A DNA stretch of 64,000 bases from an uncultured Alphaproteobacteria bacterium (GTDB lineage Bacteria > Pseudomonadota > Alphaproteobacteria > Methylaequorales > Methylaequoraceae). Location: assembly GCA_902537615.1 (NCBI GenBank), contig CACBBU010000006.1, positions 1,085 to 65,084 of the forward strand, written 5' to 3'. Position numbers and translations under genes: made by a program. This document shows positions 9,725 to 19,972 of this stretch, in pieces (position 1 is the stretch's first letter; each line of letters opens with the position of its first letter). A model generated the notes under the pieces. That model was not told the origin of the DNA. It searched no databases and saw nothing but the letters and a program-made list of their open reading frames with translations.

Positions 9725-11105
9725 AGAAAAATCTCATTCATTCCACAATACAATCATAAGAGAGTATGATATAAGAGGAGTCTACAATGAAACATTGTTT
9801 GATGAAGATGCAGAAATATTGGGAAATTTATTTGGGTTAGAGGTTGGAATAAATAAAGTCGTCAACGTTGGATATGACGGAAGACTTTCTTCTGTTAGTT
9901 TAAAAAAAAAATTAATTAAGGGACTTGTTGATTCAGGCGTGAATGTCAATGAAATTGGCTTGGTTCCGACACCCTTATTATATTATTCCTGCTTTGAGTT
10001 AACTGCTGATGGTGGTATTGTAGTAACTGGCTCTCATAACCCAAAGAATCATAACGGTTTTAAAATAGTTTTAAATAACAGACCATTCTTTGGCGAAAAT
10101 TTAACAGAATTAAGTAAAAAAGCTAAAAACTTTCATCTTAAAAAAATAAATGGATCAGTACGAACATTTTCTCTTATGGATAAGTATGTAAAAAGATTGA
10201 TAAAAAATTTTAATCAAAAAAAAAAAATAAATGTAATATGGGATTCTGGAAATGGTTCAGCGGGAGATGTGATGAAAGCTCTAGCAAAAAATATTGATGG
10301 AGAACATGAATTATTATTTAGTGAAATTGATGGAACCTTTCCAAATCATCACCCAGACCCATCAGATCCCGAAAATCTTATTTTTTGCAAAAATAGACTT
10401 CTAGATTTAAAATATGACGTTGGGTTTGCCTTTGATGGTGATGGAGATCGACTTGGGGTTATTGACGATAAAGGAAGAGATATTTCTGGTGATAAATTAT
10501 TACTTCTTCTAGCAAAAGAAATGTTAAAATCAACAAAATGTAAAGTTATTGCTGATGTAAAATGTAGTCAAGTTTTATTTGATGAAGTTGAAAGGTTAGG
10601 AGGAAAAATATTTATGTCTAAGACTGGTCACAGTCATGTCAAAAATAATTTAAAAAAACTAAATGCAGATCTAGCAGGTGAAATGAGTGGTCATATTTTT
10701 TTTTCTAAGGATTATTATGGTTATGATGATGCTTTTTTTGCTGCTGTTAAGGTTCTAGAAATTATTAATAATAATGATAAAAAACTTTCAGATCTAGTTG
10801 ATGAAATACCAAGGGTATTTAATACCCCAGAAATTCGAATTGAATGTGATGATAATAAAAAATTTGACATCATTGGAAAAATAACAGAAAGACAAAAAGG
10901 TAGTAAAAAAAAAATAACTAATATTGACGGTGTGAGAGTCTCTGATAAAAATGGTTGGTGGCTTTTAAGGGCATCAAACACTCAACCTGCCATAGTTTTA
11001 AGGTGCGAATCATTGACTGAGGAAGGCCTTGAGGTTCAAAAAAAACTAGTTATAGATGAACTATCTAAATTTAGTATTGATATAACTGAAAAAATAATTT
11101 CTTGA
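9717..11105 (+). CDS. phosphomannomutase/phosphoglucomutase
   Basis: TGSHNPKNHNGFK active-site loop, FDGDGDRLG metal loop and N-terminal IREYDIRG. The apparent start is TTG at 9717, overlapping ugd by 8 nt. Confidence 0.9.
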   Translation: MTKEKSHSFHNTIIREYDIRGVYNETLFDEDAEILGNLFGLEVGINKVVNVGYDGRLSSVSLKKKLIKGLVDSGVNVNEIGLVPTPLLYYSCFELTADGGIVVTGSHNPKNHNGFKIVLNNRPFFGENLTELSKKAKNFHLKKINGSVRTFSLMDKYVKRLIKNFNQKKKINVIWDSGNGSAGDVMKALAKNIDGEHELLFSEIDGTFPNHHPDPSDPENLIFCKNRLLDLKYDVGFAFDGDGDRLGVIDDKGRDISGDKLLLLLAKEMLKSTKCKVIADVKCSQVLFDEVERLGGKIFMSKTGHSHVKNNLKKLNADLAGEMSGHIFFSKDYYGYDDAFFAAVKVLEIINNNDKKLSDLVDEIPRVFNTPEIRIECDDNKKFDIIGKITERQKGSKKKITNIDGVRVSDKNGWWLLRASNTQPAIVLRCESLTEEGLEVQKKLVIDELSKFSIDITEKIIS

Positions 11106-11148
11106 AAATAAAAATAATATTAATTAATTTAATATTAAGGATCCCGAA

Positions 11149-11463
11149 ATGAGTGACGAGTTAAAAATTCCTTCTTCTGAAGTTTTAGTTAAACAAAAAA
11201 AAAAATTACAGAAACCTAAACTTTTTAAAGTTATTCTGTTAAACGATGATTACACTCCTATGGAATACGTTGTTAAACTTTTAAAAGTAGTGTTCAATAA
11301 ATCAGAATCTGATGCTGTAAATATTATGTTAATGGTCCATAATAAAGGTTCAGGTATTTGCGGTATTTTTACTAAAGATGTTGCTGAAACAAAAGTCTTT
11401 ACCGTTTTAAAAATGGCTAAGCACGATCAACACCCCTTAAAATGTATAATGGAGCCAGAATAA
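11149..11463 (+). CDS. clpS: ATP-dependent Clp protease adaptor ClpS
   Basis: 104-aa ORF with FKVILLNDDYTPMEYVV, directly upstream of clpA. Confidence 0.9.
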   Translation: MSDELKIPSSEVLVKQKKKLQKPKLFKVILLNDDYTPMEYVVKLLKVVFNKSESDAVNIMLMVHNKGSGICGIFTKDVAETKVFTVLKMAKHDQHPLKCIMEPE

Positions 11464-13733
11464 TGATTTCGGATGAATTAGAAAAAACACTTCAAAGAGC
11501 AAAGTCTTGTGCAGAATTGTTCCAGCATGAGTTCATGACCATAGAACATCTTCTTTTATCAATGATTGATGATTTTGATGTTAAACAAATCTTTAATGCA
11601 TGTGATGTAGATGTTGAATCTCTAAAAAAAGAGCTAGAAGCTTTTTTAAAAGAAAAGCTTCAAGATTTAGTCAATTTGAAGTCACAAGAGGTTAAACCTA
11701 CACTTGGTTTTCAGAGAGTCATTCAACGAGCAGTAATTCATGTTCAATCTTCTGGTAAAGAGGAGGCAACCGCAGCTAACGTTTTAGTCTCAATTTTTAG
11801 TGAAAGAGAATCACATGCTGTATATTTTTTGCAAAAACAAAGTTTAAATAGATTAGATGTAGTAGATTATATATCGCATGGACAAAAAAAAGAAGAAAAC
11901 TTTTCTTATGTTGATCAAAAAGAAAATGAAGAAACATTAGTTAAAAATGATGGAGATTCTGTAAGTTTCTTGGATAAATACTGTATAAATTTAAATAAAA
12001 AGGCTGAAAACGACGAAATTGATCCCATCATTGGAAGGGATAACGAAATACTGAGAGCAATTCATATTTTATCAAGAAGAAATAAAAACAACCCAATTTT
12101 TGTTGGAGATCCAGGTGTAGGAAAAACAGCGTTAGCCGAGGGACTTGCACTTAGGATTTTTAAAAGAGAAGTTCCAGACTCTCTTAAAAATTCAACTATA
12201 TATTCACTTGATTTGGGAGGACTTCTGGCAGGAACTAGGTTTAGAGGAGATTTTGAAGAAAGACTGAAGAAGTTAATGAGTTTTTTTGAGTCAAAAAATA
12301 ACAATATATTATTTATAGATGAAATCCATACCATTATTGGGGCAGGGGGTACAAATTCAGGCTCAATTGATGCTTCTAATATTTTAAAGCCCGCTCTCAC
12401 AAAGGGAAGTTTCAAATGTGTTGGCTCAACAACTTATACAGAATATAGAAATTATTTTGAAAAAGACAGAGCACTCTGTAGAAGGTTCCAAAAAATTGAT
12501 GTTGAAGAGCCATCTCTTGAAGATTCAATAAATATTCTAAAAGGAGTCAAGAAGTTTTATGAAAAATTCCATTCTGTTGAATTTGACGATGATTGTTTTT
12601 CAGAAGCAGTAAACTTATCAAAAAAATATTTACTCAACTCTAAGTTGCCAGATAAAGCCATTGATTTAATTGACGAAACTGCAGCCTCTGTAAAAATAAA
12701 TCACAAAAAAAAAATAAAAAAAGTAAGCGTTTCAGATATTCAAGAAACGATTTCAAAAATAGCTAACATTCCAGAGAATACTATAAAATCTGATGAGAGA
12801 CTGAAGTTGAACAATTTAGAAAGAGATCTAAGAACTCTTATTTTTGGTCAAGACAAAGCAGTTAATGCTTTATCATCAGCAATTAAATTATCTAAGACAG
12901 GTCTAAGAAATCAGGATAAAACGATTGGTTCATTTCTTTTTACAGGTCCAACTGGTGTTGGGAAAACCGAACTCGCAAAACAACTAGCCAATACAATGAA
13001 AATAAACTTCATAAGATTTGATATGTCAGAATATATGGAGAGACACAGTGTTTCAAAACTCATTGGGGCACCACCTGGATACGTTGGTTATGATCAAGGG
13101 GGTCAGTTAACTGATGCGATTGATAAATCTCCCTTCTCAGTAATCTTGCTTGATGAAGTTGAAAAAGCGCATCCAGACGTATTTAATATTTTACTTCAAA
13201 TAATGGATTATGGAAGATTAACTGATCATATGGGAAAAAGAATTGATTTTACGAATGTAATTTTGATAATGACAAGCAATATTGGAGCAAACGAGATAAT
13301 AAAAGAAAAAGTCGGTTTTTTGGCAAATTTTACGGCTAACGACAATGAAAAAGAAATCAATAGTTTTTTTAGCCCAGAATTTAGAAATAGATTGGATGCC
13401 ATAATTAATTTTGACAAACTAGGAAAAAAAGAATCCATTAAAATTGTTGAAAAGTTTTTAATGGAATTAGAATCACAATTAGTTGATAAAGATCTAACTC
13501 TAAGTGTAACAGCTGCGGCTAAAAATAGAATCCAAGAGTTGGGTTTTGACGTTGTTAATGGTGCACGACCAATGGCTCGTGTTATTCAAGAAAAAATAAA
13601 AATACCGTTATCAGAAATTCTTTTAAAAACAAAAAAGCCTAATGGTACTATAAATATTGATTATATTAACAAGAATGAAAAATTCTTAATAAAAGTCATC
13701 CCTCATAAAAATAAAATTAAATTGTCTACTTAA
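11463..13733 (+). CDS. clpA: ATP-dependent Clp protease ATP-binding subunit ClpA
   Basis: ORF 11442..13733. The preferred start is ATG 11463 (MISDELEKTLQRA), forming a TAATG junction with clpS. There are two AAA+ Walker A loops, GDPGVGKTALAEGLA and GPTGVGKTELAKQLA. Confidence 0.92.
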   Translation: MISDELEKTLQRAKSCAELFQHEFMTIEHLLLSMIDDFDVKQIFNACDVDVESLKKELEAFLKEKLQDLVNLKSQEVKPTLGFQRVIQRAVIHVQSSGKEEATAANVLVSIFSERESHAVYFLQKQSLNRLDVVDYISHGQKKEENFSYVDQKENEETLVKNDGDSVSFLDKYCINLNKKAENDEIDPIIGRDNEILRAIHILSRRNKNNPIFVGDPGVGKTALAEGLALRIFKREVPDSLKNSTIYSLDLGGLLAGTRFRGDFEERLKKLMSFFESKNNNILFIDEIHTIIGAGGTNSGSIDASNILKPALTKGSFKCVGSTTYTEYRNYFEKDRALCRRFQKIDVEEPSLEDSINILKGVKKFYEKFHSVEFDDDCFSEAVNLSKKYLLNSKLPDKAIDLIDETAASVKINHKKKIKKVSVSDIQETISKIANIPENTIKSDERLKLNNLERDLRTLIFGQDKAVNALSSAIKLSKTGLRNQDKTIGSFLFTGPTGVGKTELAKQLANTMKINFIRFDMSEYMERHSVSKLIGAPPGYVGYDQGGQLTDAIDKSPFSVILLDEVEKAHPDVFNILLQIMDYGRLTDHMGKRIDFTNVILIMTSNIGANEIIKEKVGFLANFTANDNEKEINSFFSPEFRNRLDAIINFDKLGKKESIKIVEKFLMELESQLVDKDLTLSVTAAAKNRIQELGFDVVNGARPMARVIQEKIKIPLSEILLKTKKPNGTINIDYINKNEKFLIKVIPHKNKIKLST

Positions 13734-14844
13734 AAGGGACAAATTGATTTAAGTAATCAATTGTGTCTTTTACCTTTTTTTTTTCTTCAATCAAAAACTT
13801 TTTTATAAGAGGACTAAGTTCACTATGATCAAACCAATGATTACTATATGTCAATCTAGGCTCATATCCTCTTGCAATTTTGTGTTCACCTTGTGCACCA
13901 GCTTCTACTTTTTTTAGATTATTTTTAATTGCAAACTCTATTGCACTGTAATAACAAAGTTCAAAATGTAAAAAAGGAATTTCTTTTAAACATCCCCAAT
14001 ATCTTCCAAACAAAGTTTTTTCACCAATAAAATGAAGTGAACAGCCAATAAATTCATTTTTTTGAAAGGCTTGTATTAAAACAATTTTCTGTTTAATAGA
14101 AGATTTTAGAAGTTTATTAAAAAAAGAGAGTTTTAAATAGGCAATGCTCCATTTCTTATTTATTGTGTTTAGATAACATTTAAAAAAAAGATTTAAATCT
14201 TCATCACATATTTCATTACCCTTTTTAACAACAAGATTAATGTCATTTTGCTTCAAAGAATCTCTTTCCTTAATAATGTTTTTTCTTTTTTTTCTTTTTA
14301 GATTATCTAGGAAATTACCAAAATTTTCATAACATTTATTATACCAATAATATTGGATACCTATCCTCTGGTAAAAGTTTTCTGAATGAAGAATATCAGA
14401 GTTTTTTTTGTCAATAAAGTTGAAATGAAATGATGAGATTTCTTTTTTAATACAATGGTTTTTTAAAAGCTCTGCTAATTCTTTAATATCAATTCTTCTT
14501 TCACCATAGATAATATTTTTTTTTTTAACTGGTGTAAATGGTATAGCTGACAGATATTTGGGATAATAATTTTTACCAATTTGATGGTATGCATTAGCAA
14601 AAACATGATCAAAAATATACTCTCCATTTGAATTATTTTTTTTAAAATTTGGAATAAAAGCAATGTTTTTTGTATTGTTTTCAATGAGAATGTGTTCTGG
14701 TTCCCATCCTGTGATAGTATTAGTGCATCCTGACTTTTCTAGGTATTTGAAAAAGTCATAAGAAATGAATGGCGAAGAATCTCTAAAATATTTTTCACAA
14801 AAAACCTTAATATTTTCAATAGATGAAACTGTAGAAATTTTCAT
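13726..14844 (-). CDS. conserved GNAT-fold / FemAB-like protein (COG3146, DUF482 type)
   Basis: 372-aa ORF. The N-terminal ...SPFISYDFFKYLEKSGCTN...GWEPEHILIE and the overall length resemble the COG3146 family as I remember it. No catalytic motif was verified. Confidence 0.55.
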   Translation of the reverse strand: MKISTVSSIENIKVFCEKYFRDSSPFISYDFFKYLEKSGCTNTITGWEPEHILIENNTKNIAFIPNFKKNNSNGEYIFDHVFANAYHQIGKNYYPKYLSAIPFTPVKKKNIIYGERRIDIKELAELLKNHCIKKEISSFHFNFIDKKNSDILHSENFYQRIGIQYYWYNKCYENFGNFLDNLKRKKRKNIIKERDSLKQNDINLVVKKGNEICDEDLNLFFKCYLNTINKKWSIAYLKLSFFNKLLKSSIKQKIVLIQAFQKNEFIGCSLHFIGEKTLFGRYWGCLKEIPFLHFELCYYSAIEFAIKNNLKKVEAGAQGEHKIARGYEPRLTYSNHWFDHSELSPLIKKFLIEEKKKVKDTIDYLNQFVPFK

Positions 14845-14858
14845 TATGAGACCAATAC

Positions 14859-15332
14859 CTAATCTAAGATCCCAAAAATTCCATCAATTTCTATAGGTGA
14901 TCCTTTAGGTAAAGAATTTACTCCAATTACACTTCTAGAGTGACTACCATCAGTTTCTCCAAATACTTTAATTAGTAAATTAGATGAAAAATCAAGTAGT
15001 ACAGAATGATTGTTAAAATTTTCTGTACAATTAAAGTATCCTTTTAAATTTATGCATTTTATTCTATTAATTTTGAATTTATCAATTGCATCATTTAAAT
15101 TCCATAACAAGTTATTGGTAGATAGATAAACAGATTGTTTAACTTCTTCATCAGATAACTCAGTATCAATTTTTCCAGCAAATTTTAATTTATTATCCTC
15201 AAAGGGAAGTTGTCCAGAAATAAAAATTAATTTTTCAAATATTATAAACGGCTTATAGTTGGCTAAACTTGTAGCTTTATTTTTTCTATTCAAATTTAAT
15301 GATAGTAGTTTTTTAGAAAGAAAATTACTCAT
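14859..15332 (-). CDS. RidA/YjgF family reactive-intermediate deaminase
   Basis: ORF 14859..15422. The likely start is ATG 15332 (MSNFLSKK), overlapping the upstream gene by 8 nt. Motifs ISGQLPF and [22 protein letters not shown] are present. Confidence 0.75.
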   Translation of the reverse strand: MSNFLSKKLLSLNLNRKNKATSLANYKPFIIFEKLIFISGQLPFEDNKLKFAGKIDTELSDEEVKQSVYLSTNNLLWNLNDAIDKFKINRIKCINLKGYFNCTENFNNHSVLLDFSSNLLIKVFGETDGSHSRSVIGVNSLPKGSPIEIDGIFGILD

Positions 15333-16149
15333 CAAAATTATGAAGACACGTAAGACATTTAATTTTTTTATCTTCTTTATAAATAGTAAAATTTCCGCAA
15401 CGATCACAAGGGTCTCCCTCAAAGCTTTTAATTTTTTTTATCTTTTCTGTTTCGTTTTTGGAGTTTTCAGTAGTAATTAGAGTTAGATTACCATCAAAAA
15501 CATTTTTTCTTATGAACCCTTTACTTGTGAATTTTTTAAGAACGTTTTCTGCATTTTCTCCTTTATTTTTATAGTTGTCATATTTAGGTATTAGTTCTGT
15601 CGTTTGATTACTTTTTTCATTACTCAAATCATCTCTTCCAAGGTAAGATATAGCTAATTCTTTAAAAATATAATCTAAGATTGAAGTTGAAAATTTAATT
15701 TCCGCGTTGCCCTTTACCTCTCCACTAGGTTCAAATTTTGTAAAAGTAAATGCTTCAACAAACTCTTCTAGTGGGACTCCATATTGAAGTCCAATTGAAA
15801 CTGCTATTGCAAAATTATTCATAAGGCTTCTAAATGCTGCGCCCTCTTTGTGCATGTCAATAAAAATTTCACCCAAGGATCCATCCATGTATTCACCAGT
15901 TCTCAAGTAAATCTTATGATTATTGATTGACGCCTTTTGGGTATAACCCTTTCTTCTGTGAGGAAGCCTGTCCCTACTGCTATTTTTGACTAGGTTTTTA
16001 TTATTTATGTTAGATTTGATTTCTTCAACTAATTCAAAAAAGATATTTTCAATATTGAATTCGTTGGTTTTTTTTAAATCGTTAATTTTTTTTTGATTAT
16101 TTTTAAGAAAAAGACTTGTGATTTTTTTTATTTCTTTGAAATCAATCAT
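15325..16149 (-). CDS. stand-alone homologue of the C-terminal region of class II (B12-dependent) ribonucleotide reductase (NrdJb / TSCPD-like) with a terminal zinc ribbon
   Basis: [83 protein letters not shown]...[18 protein letters not shown] matches the NrdJ C-terminal block. The C-terminus has CDRC-x13-CLTC. The preferred start is ATG 16149 (MIDFKEIKK) rather than 16197. Confidence 0.7.
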   Translation of the reverse strand: MIDFKEIKKITSLFLKNNQKKINDLKKTNEFNIENIFFELVEEIKSNINNKNLVKNSSRDRLPHRRKGYTQKASINNHKIYLRTGEYMDGSLGEIFIDMHKEGAAFRSLMNNFAIAVSIGLQYGVPLEEFVEAFTFTKFEPSGEVKGNAEIKFSTSILDYIFKELAISYLGRDDLSNEKSNQTTELIPKYDNYKNKGENAENVLKKFTSKGFIRKNVFDGNLTLITTENSKNETEKIKKIKSFEGDPCDRCGNFTIYKEDKKIKCLTCLHNFDE

Positions 16150-16180
16150 GATATAAGTATATATAGTATATAATATAATA

Positions 16181-16546
16181 ATGAGATTATCATACAACTC
16201 TATTTTTTTTAAGATTTACTGTTTAATTTTTGCTAAAAAAATTGGTAAGGACGAATACGGAAATACTTATTTTACAAAAAAGAGCTCTTCACCTAAAAAT
16301 AATTTTAGAGAAAGAAGGTTTATAGTTTATAATGGTATAGTTGAAGCAAGTAAGGTTCCTCAGCGCTGGAACGCCTGGCTGCACCATGTTGAAGAAACCC
16401 CACCTCAAAGTAACGTTTCTAAGCCATCTTGGTCTAAGGATCATTCACCAAATCTCACAGGTACACCTTTTTCATATGAATACAAATTAGATAAAAAGAT
16501 GAATGAAAAATATAAAAAAACTTCAATATGGAAACCAGATGAGTAA
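16181..16546 (+). CDS. NDUFA12 (complex I B17.2)-like protein
   Basis: 121-aa ORF with [10 protein letters not shown]...[26 protein letters not shown], typical of the NDUFA12 family. Confidence 0.8.
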   Translation: MRLSYNSIFFKIYCLIFAKKIGKDEYGNTYFTKKSSSPKNNFRERRFIVYNGIVEASKVPQRWNAWLHHVEETPPQSNVSKPSWSKDHSPNLTGTPFSYEYKLDKKMNEKYKKTSIWKPDE

Positions 16547-16973
16547 TTTTATAAAATTTTTTTTAGGTTTTATTTTTATAGCCTTTATGTTTGATCTAAT
16601 GCTAATTGATAGAAAAAAAAATATGAGTAGCATGATAAATCTTTTTGCAACTTTTAGTAAAATTGACGGCCTTAACATCGGTGATAAAGTTATGATTTCT
16701 GGAATAAATGTGGGATTTGTTGATAACATAATACTTGATAAAAACTATCCAAAAATATCAATGTTGGTAAACGAAAATTTAAAAATTTCACGTGACTCTT
16801 CAATTTCAATTCAAACTGATGGACTATTTGGATCAAAGTTTTTAGTAATTGAAATGGGAGGAGAAGAAGAATACTTCAAAAGTAACGATAGCTTTTCCTA
16901 TGTAGAAGATTCAATTTTGCTTCAAGATCTATTAGACAATATTATAAAAATTGGAGAAAGTAGTAAATTATGA
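16539..16973 (+). CDS. mlaD: MlaD/MCE-domain protein, paralogue 1
   Basis: ORF 16503..16973. The likely start is ATG 16539 ([13 protein letters not shown]). It has one TM helix and then the MCE fold: IDGLNIGDKVMISGINVGFV...SISIQTDGLFGSKFLVIEMGG. Confidence 0.8.
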   Translation: MSNFIKFFLGFIFIAFMFDLMLIDRKKNMSSMINLFATFSKIDGLNIGDKVMISGINVGFVDNIILDKNYPKISMLVNENLKISRDSSISIQTDGLFGSKFLVIEMGGEEEYFKSNDSFSYVEDSILLQDLLDNIIKIGESSKL

Positions 16974-17410
16974 AAAAAAATTATCTTGAATCTATCCTTG
17001 GTTTAATGACTCTAGTCATAGCTATCTCTTTTCTGTTAAACTTTATTAATGTTAATACTGAAAGTAACGAAACATATGACTTAAGAGCAAAATTTTTAAA
17101 AGCTGGTGGTGTAGTTATTGGAAATGACGTGAAAATGAGAGGAGTTAAGATTGGTGTAATAAAAGATGTCTCATTAGATGAGGATTTTTTTGCTGTAATA
17201 GATTTTAGTGTTTATAAAGATGTTAAAGTACCAAAAGATAGCATTGTAAAGATCGCTAGCGACGGTATTCTTGGTAATAAATACTTATCAATCACACCTA
17301 GCGGTGATTTGAGTATAACATTAAGTGAAAAAGAGGAAATAAAAAAAGTTGAAGACTATGAGTCCATTGAAGATCAAGTAAGTAAAATAATTTTTCTTGC
17401 TACACAATAA
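16970..17410 (+). CDS. MlaD/MCE-domain protein, paralogue 2
   Basis: 146-aa ORF with an N-terminal TM helix, then GGVVIGNDVKMRGVKIGVIKDVSLD...VKIASDGILGNKYLSITPSG. It overlaps paralogue 1 by 4 nt. Confidence 0.8.
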   Translation: MKKNYLESILGLMTLVIAISFLLNFINVNTESNETYDLRAKFLKAGGVVIGNDVKMRGVKIGVIKDVSLDEDFFAVIDFSVYKDVKVPKDSIVKIASDGILGNKYLSITPSGDLSITLSEKEEIKKVEDYESIEDQVSKIIFLATQ

Positions 17411-17631
17411 TGGAAAAGAAAGTTGATAAATTTATATGGCTAGCAAAAGATAATAAGATAATTTCTTGCGATGAAACCAATAAAGTGTTGAATGAAAATT
17501 ATAACGAGATAAAAACTGTCATTCAAAATGCATTTGATGACGCAGTTTTAATTGACTGTGACGAGAAAGATTTTAAAAATAAAATTATAGAACTTGTAAA
17601 AAGCATTGAATTTTCTCTTGGGAGAAAGTAA
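17410..17631 (+). CDS. hypothetical 73-aa acidic protein
   Basis: The ORF is translationally coupled (TAATG) to the second mlaD and overlaps or abuts the DUF2155 gene. No recognisable motif. Confidence 0.45.
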   Translation: MEKKVDKFIWLAKDNKIISCDETNKVLNENYNEIKTVIQNAFDDAVLIDCDEKDFKNKIIELVKSIEFSLGRK

Positions 17632-18016
17632 CTTGAAATTTGTTTCCTTTATCTTTTTAGTTTTCATTAAATCTTCATTATTAGCATCTGAAAATGAATG
17701 TCAGGGTGCAAAATTAAGAATTATAAATAAGATCACCGCTGAAAAAGTCTTTTATGACATTCCACTTTCTCAAACTTTGGAACTTGATAATGCAAAAATT
17801 ATAATTTTTAGATGTGTAAAAATTGATAAAGAAGGAACTGACGACGAAATTGCCTTAATAAGTCATAAATTAGACTCTAGGTCAGATAAGAGAAACTTTT
17901 TAGGCTGGATCTTTAAATCTAGTCAGTATTTGAATGTTCCAGTCAACCCTACTTTTGATATTAAACTTGAAGAATGCTTAGTTAATGATCCCATTTTTCT
18001 AAAAAAAATTATTTAA
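17606..18016 (+). CDS. DUF2155-type secreted protein
   Basis: The signal-like start is (M)KFVSFIFLVFIKSSLLASE. The TTG at 17633 is an alternative to the TTG at 17606. It continues GAKLRIINKITAEKVFYDIPLSQTLELDNAKIIIFRCVK, and the position next to the NDUFA12-like gene is typical for DUF2155. Confidence 0.65.
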   Translation: MNFLLGESNLKFVSFIFLVFIKSSLLASENECQGAKLRIINKITAEKVFYDIPLSQTLELDNAKIIIFRCVKIDKEGTDDEIALISHKLDSRSDKRNFLGWIFKSSQYLNVPVNPTFDIKLEECLVNDPIFLKKII

Positions 18017-18633
18017 AAATACTCTAGCACATTTTTCTTTATTTTCTCAGGAAATACAGTATCTGTCTTACCATGCAGTGACAAAATTTCTAGATATCTT
18101 TGTTTTTCAATTTTTTTCGTTCCGAACTGTTTTAAATGTTCTGAATAAAATTGGGTGTCAATATATTTAAAACCACCTTCTTTAAGGTAAGCTGCAAGAT
18201 AAACCATTGAAATTTTACTCGCATTTTTTTTTATGCTAAACATACTTTCTCCGCAAAAAATTCTACCAATTATTAAACCGTACAAACCACCAATCAATTT
18301 GTCATTTTCAAAACACTCTATTGATTTAGCAATACCAATCTTAAATAACTTTGTATAATTTTCTATTATTTGATTATTTATCCAAGTTGATTTCCTGTAA
18401 AGATTTCTTGCACAAAGATTTATTGTTTTTTCAAAGTTTTTATTAACTTTAATTTTAAAGTTATTTTTTTTTAATTCCTTTTTTAAATTTCTTGATACTT
18501 TAAATTCATTTAGTTTTATTATTCCTCTTTCTTCAGGATCAACCCAATAGACAAACGGGTCATTGAATGAGTCAGCCATTGGAAATAGACCTTTATTATA
18601 ACCCTCTAAAATAATTTCAGGTGAAAGAAACAT
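18013..18633 (-). CDS. aat: leucyl/phenylalanyl-tRNA--protein transferase
   Basis: 206-aa ORF with ILEGYNKGLFPM...WVDPEERGII...GGLYGLIIGRIFCGESMF. Confidence 0.88.
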   Translation of the reverse strand: MFLSPEIILEGYNKGLFPMADSFNDPFVYWVDPEERGIIKLNEFKVSRNLKKELKKNNFKIKVNKNFEKTINLCARNLYRKSTWINNQIIENYTKLFKIGIAKSIECFENDKLIGGLYGLIIGRIFCGESMFSIKKNASKISMVYLAAYLKEGGFKYIDTQFYSEHLKQFGTKKIEKQRYLEILSLHGKTDTVFPEKIKKNVLEYF

Positions 18634-18634
18634 C

Positions 18635-19972
18635 TTATTTTAAAAAAGTGTTCAACCAATTGATATTAAAGTTTCCTTGAATGAAGTCGCGAGTTTGAAT
18701 TATTTTTTTTAAAGTTGGAATATTTGTTTGAACACCTTCAATTACATACTCATCAAGCGCTCTTTTGAGCTTCATAATACATTCGTGTCTTGTGTTCCCT
18801 TTACATACTAATTTTGAAATTAGTCCATCATAGAAAGAACTAATATTACACCCTGAGTAAAGAGCAGAATCAATTCTTATTCCAGGACCTCCAGGTGGGT
18901 GATAGGTTTTAATTAAACCAGTTGAAGGTAATTGAGTAATTGGGTTTTCTGCGTTTATTCTACATTCAATGGAATGTCCATTTTTCTTGATTTCATCTTG
19001 CTTCAAAGAGATTTTTTTTCCACTAGAAATATTTATTTGCTCTTTAACAATGTCAATATTGTAAACTTCTTCCGTCACGGTATGTTCAACTTGAAGTCTT
19101 GTATTCATTTCCATAAAAAAAAAATTTCCATTGCTATAAAGATACTCAACTGTACCAATGTTAAAATAACCGATTTTTTTCATTGCTTTAATTGTTGTTT
19201 CACAAATTTTTTTTCTGTCACTTTCACTAATTGCAGGGCTAGGGCACTCTTCTATTATTTTTTGGTTTCTTCTTTGAATTGAGCACTCTCTTTCTCCTAA
19301 GTGAACAGCGTTACCTTGATTATCACATAACACTTGAATTTCAATATGGCGTGGGTTGGTTAAATATTTTTCTATATAAACTTGATTACTACCAAAACTT
19401 AGTTCAGCTTCTTTTTTTGCTAAAAGAAAATTATTTTTGAGTTCTTTTTCTTTTAAAACTACTTTGATTCCTCTGCCACCACCTCCGTTAGTTGATTTTA
19501 TAATAATAGGATACCCAATATTTTCAGCTATGGATTTAGCTTCTAAATAATCCAGAACATTATCACTGCTTCCAGGTAATATTGGTAGTCCGACTTTTTT
19601 AGCTATTGATTTAGCCTCAATTTTATTGGCCATTTTCTGAATATGTTCATTTTTTGGACCAATAAACTTAAAACCGTGATCTGTGATAATTTTTGCAAAG
19701 TTTGAGTTTTCCGAAAGCATTCCAATACCTGGATGTATTGCATCCGCATTAGCAATTGTTGCAGCAGAAATTATTGAAGGTATATTTAAATATGAGTTTT
19801 TTACTTGTGGAGGACCAATACATACACTCTCGTCTGCTAATCTCACAAACATTTCTTTTTCATCTGCAGTGGAATGAACGACAACAGTTTTAATATCCAA
19901 TTCTTTACACGCTCTTAAAATTCTGAGGGCAATTTCTCCTCTATTTGCTACTAGGACTTTTTTAAGCATCAC
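18635..19972 (-). CDS. accC: acetyl-CoA carboxylase biotin carboxylase subunit
   Basis: 445-aa ORF starting [26 protein letters not shown], with an ATP-grasp domain and [10 protein letters not shown]. Confidence 0.95.
   Translation of the reverse strand: MMLKKVLVANRGEIALRILRACKELDIKTVVVHSTADEKEMFVRLADESVCIGPPQVKNSYLNIPSIISAATIANADAIHPGIGMLSENSNFAKIITDHGFKFIGPKNEHIQKMANKIEAKSIAKKVGLPILPGSSDNVLDYLEAKSIAENIGYPIIIKSTNGGGGRGIKVVLKEKELKNNFLLAKKEAELSFGSNQVYIEKYLTNPRHIEIQVLCDNQGNAVHLGERECSIQRRNQKIIEECPSPAISESDRKKICETTIKAMKKIGYFNIGTVEYLYSNGNFFFMEMNTRLQVEHTVTEEVYNIDIVKEQINISSGKKISLKQDEIKKNGHSIECRINAENPITQLPSTGLIKTYHPPGGPGIRIDSALYSGCNISSFYDGLISKLVCKGNTRHECIMKLKRALDEYVIEGVQTNIPTLKKIIQTRDFIQGNFNINWLNTFLK

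Noticed and set aside
11106-11148. AT palindrome (AATATTAATTAATTTAATATT) after the PMM/PGM gene as a terminator
   Set aside because: The pairing is imperfect and pure A:T, so its stability is negligible. I did not call it.
12062-12415. 117-aa minus-strand ORF inside clpA (also 13226..13438)
   Set aside because: It is antisense to the conserved AAA+ domain of clpA and has no independent signal.
15259-15480. 73-aa plus-strand ORF, and the upstream extension of the RidA ORF to 15422
   Set aside because: The plus ORF is antisense to the ridA / NrdJb-like junction. The RidA family domain begins after the ATG at 15332, and the extension would overlap the upstream gene by 98 nt.
16150-16197. Upstream start (ATG 16197) for the NrdJb-like ORF
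   Set aside because: It would add the low-complexity [16 protein letters not shown] and overlap the divergent NDUFA12-like start by 17 nt. ATG 16149 leaves a 31-bp TATA-rich divergent promoter spacer instead.
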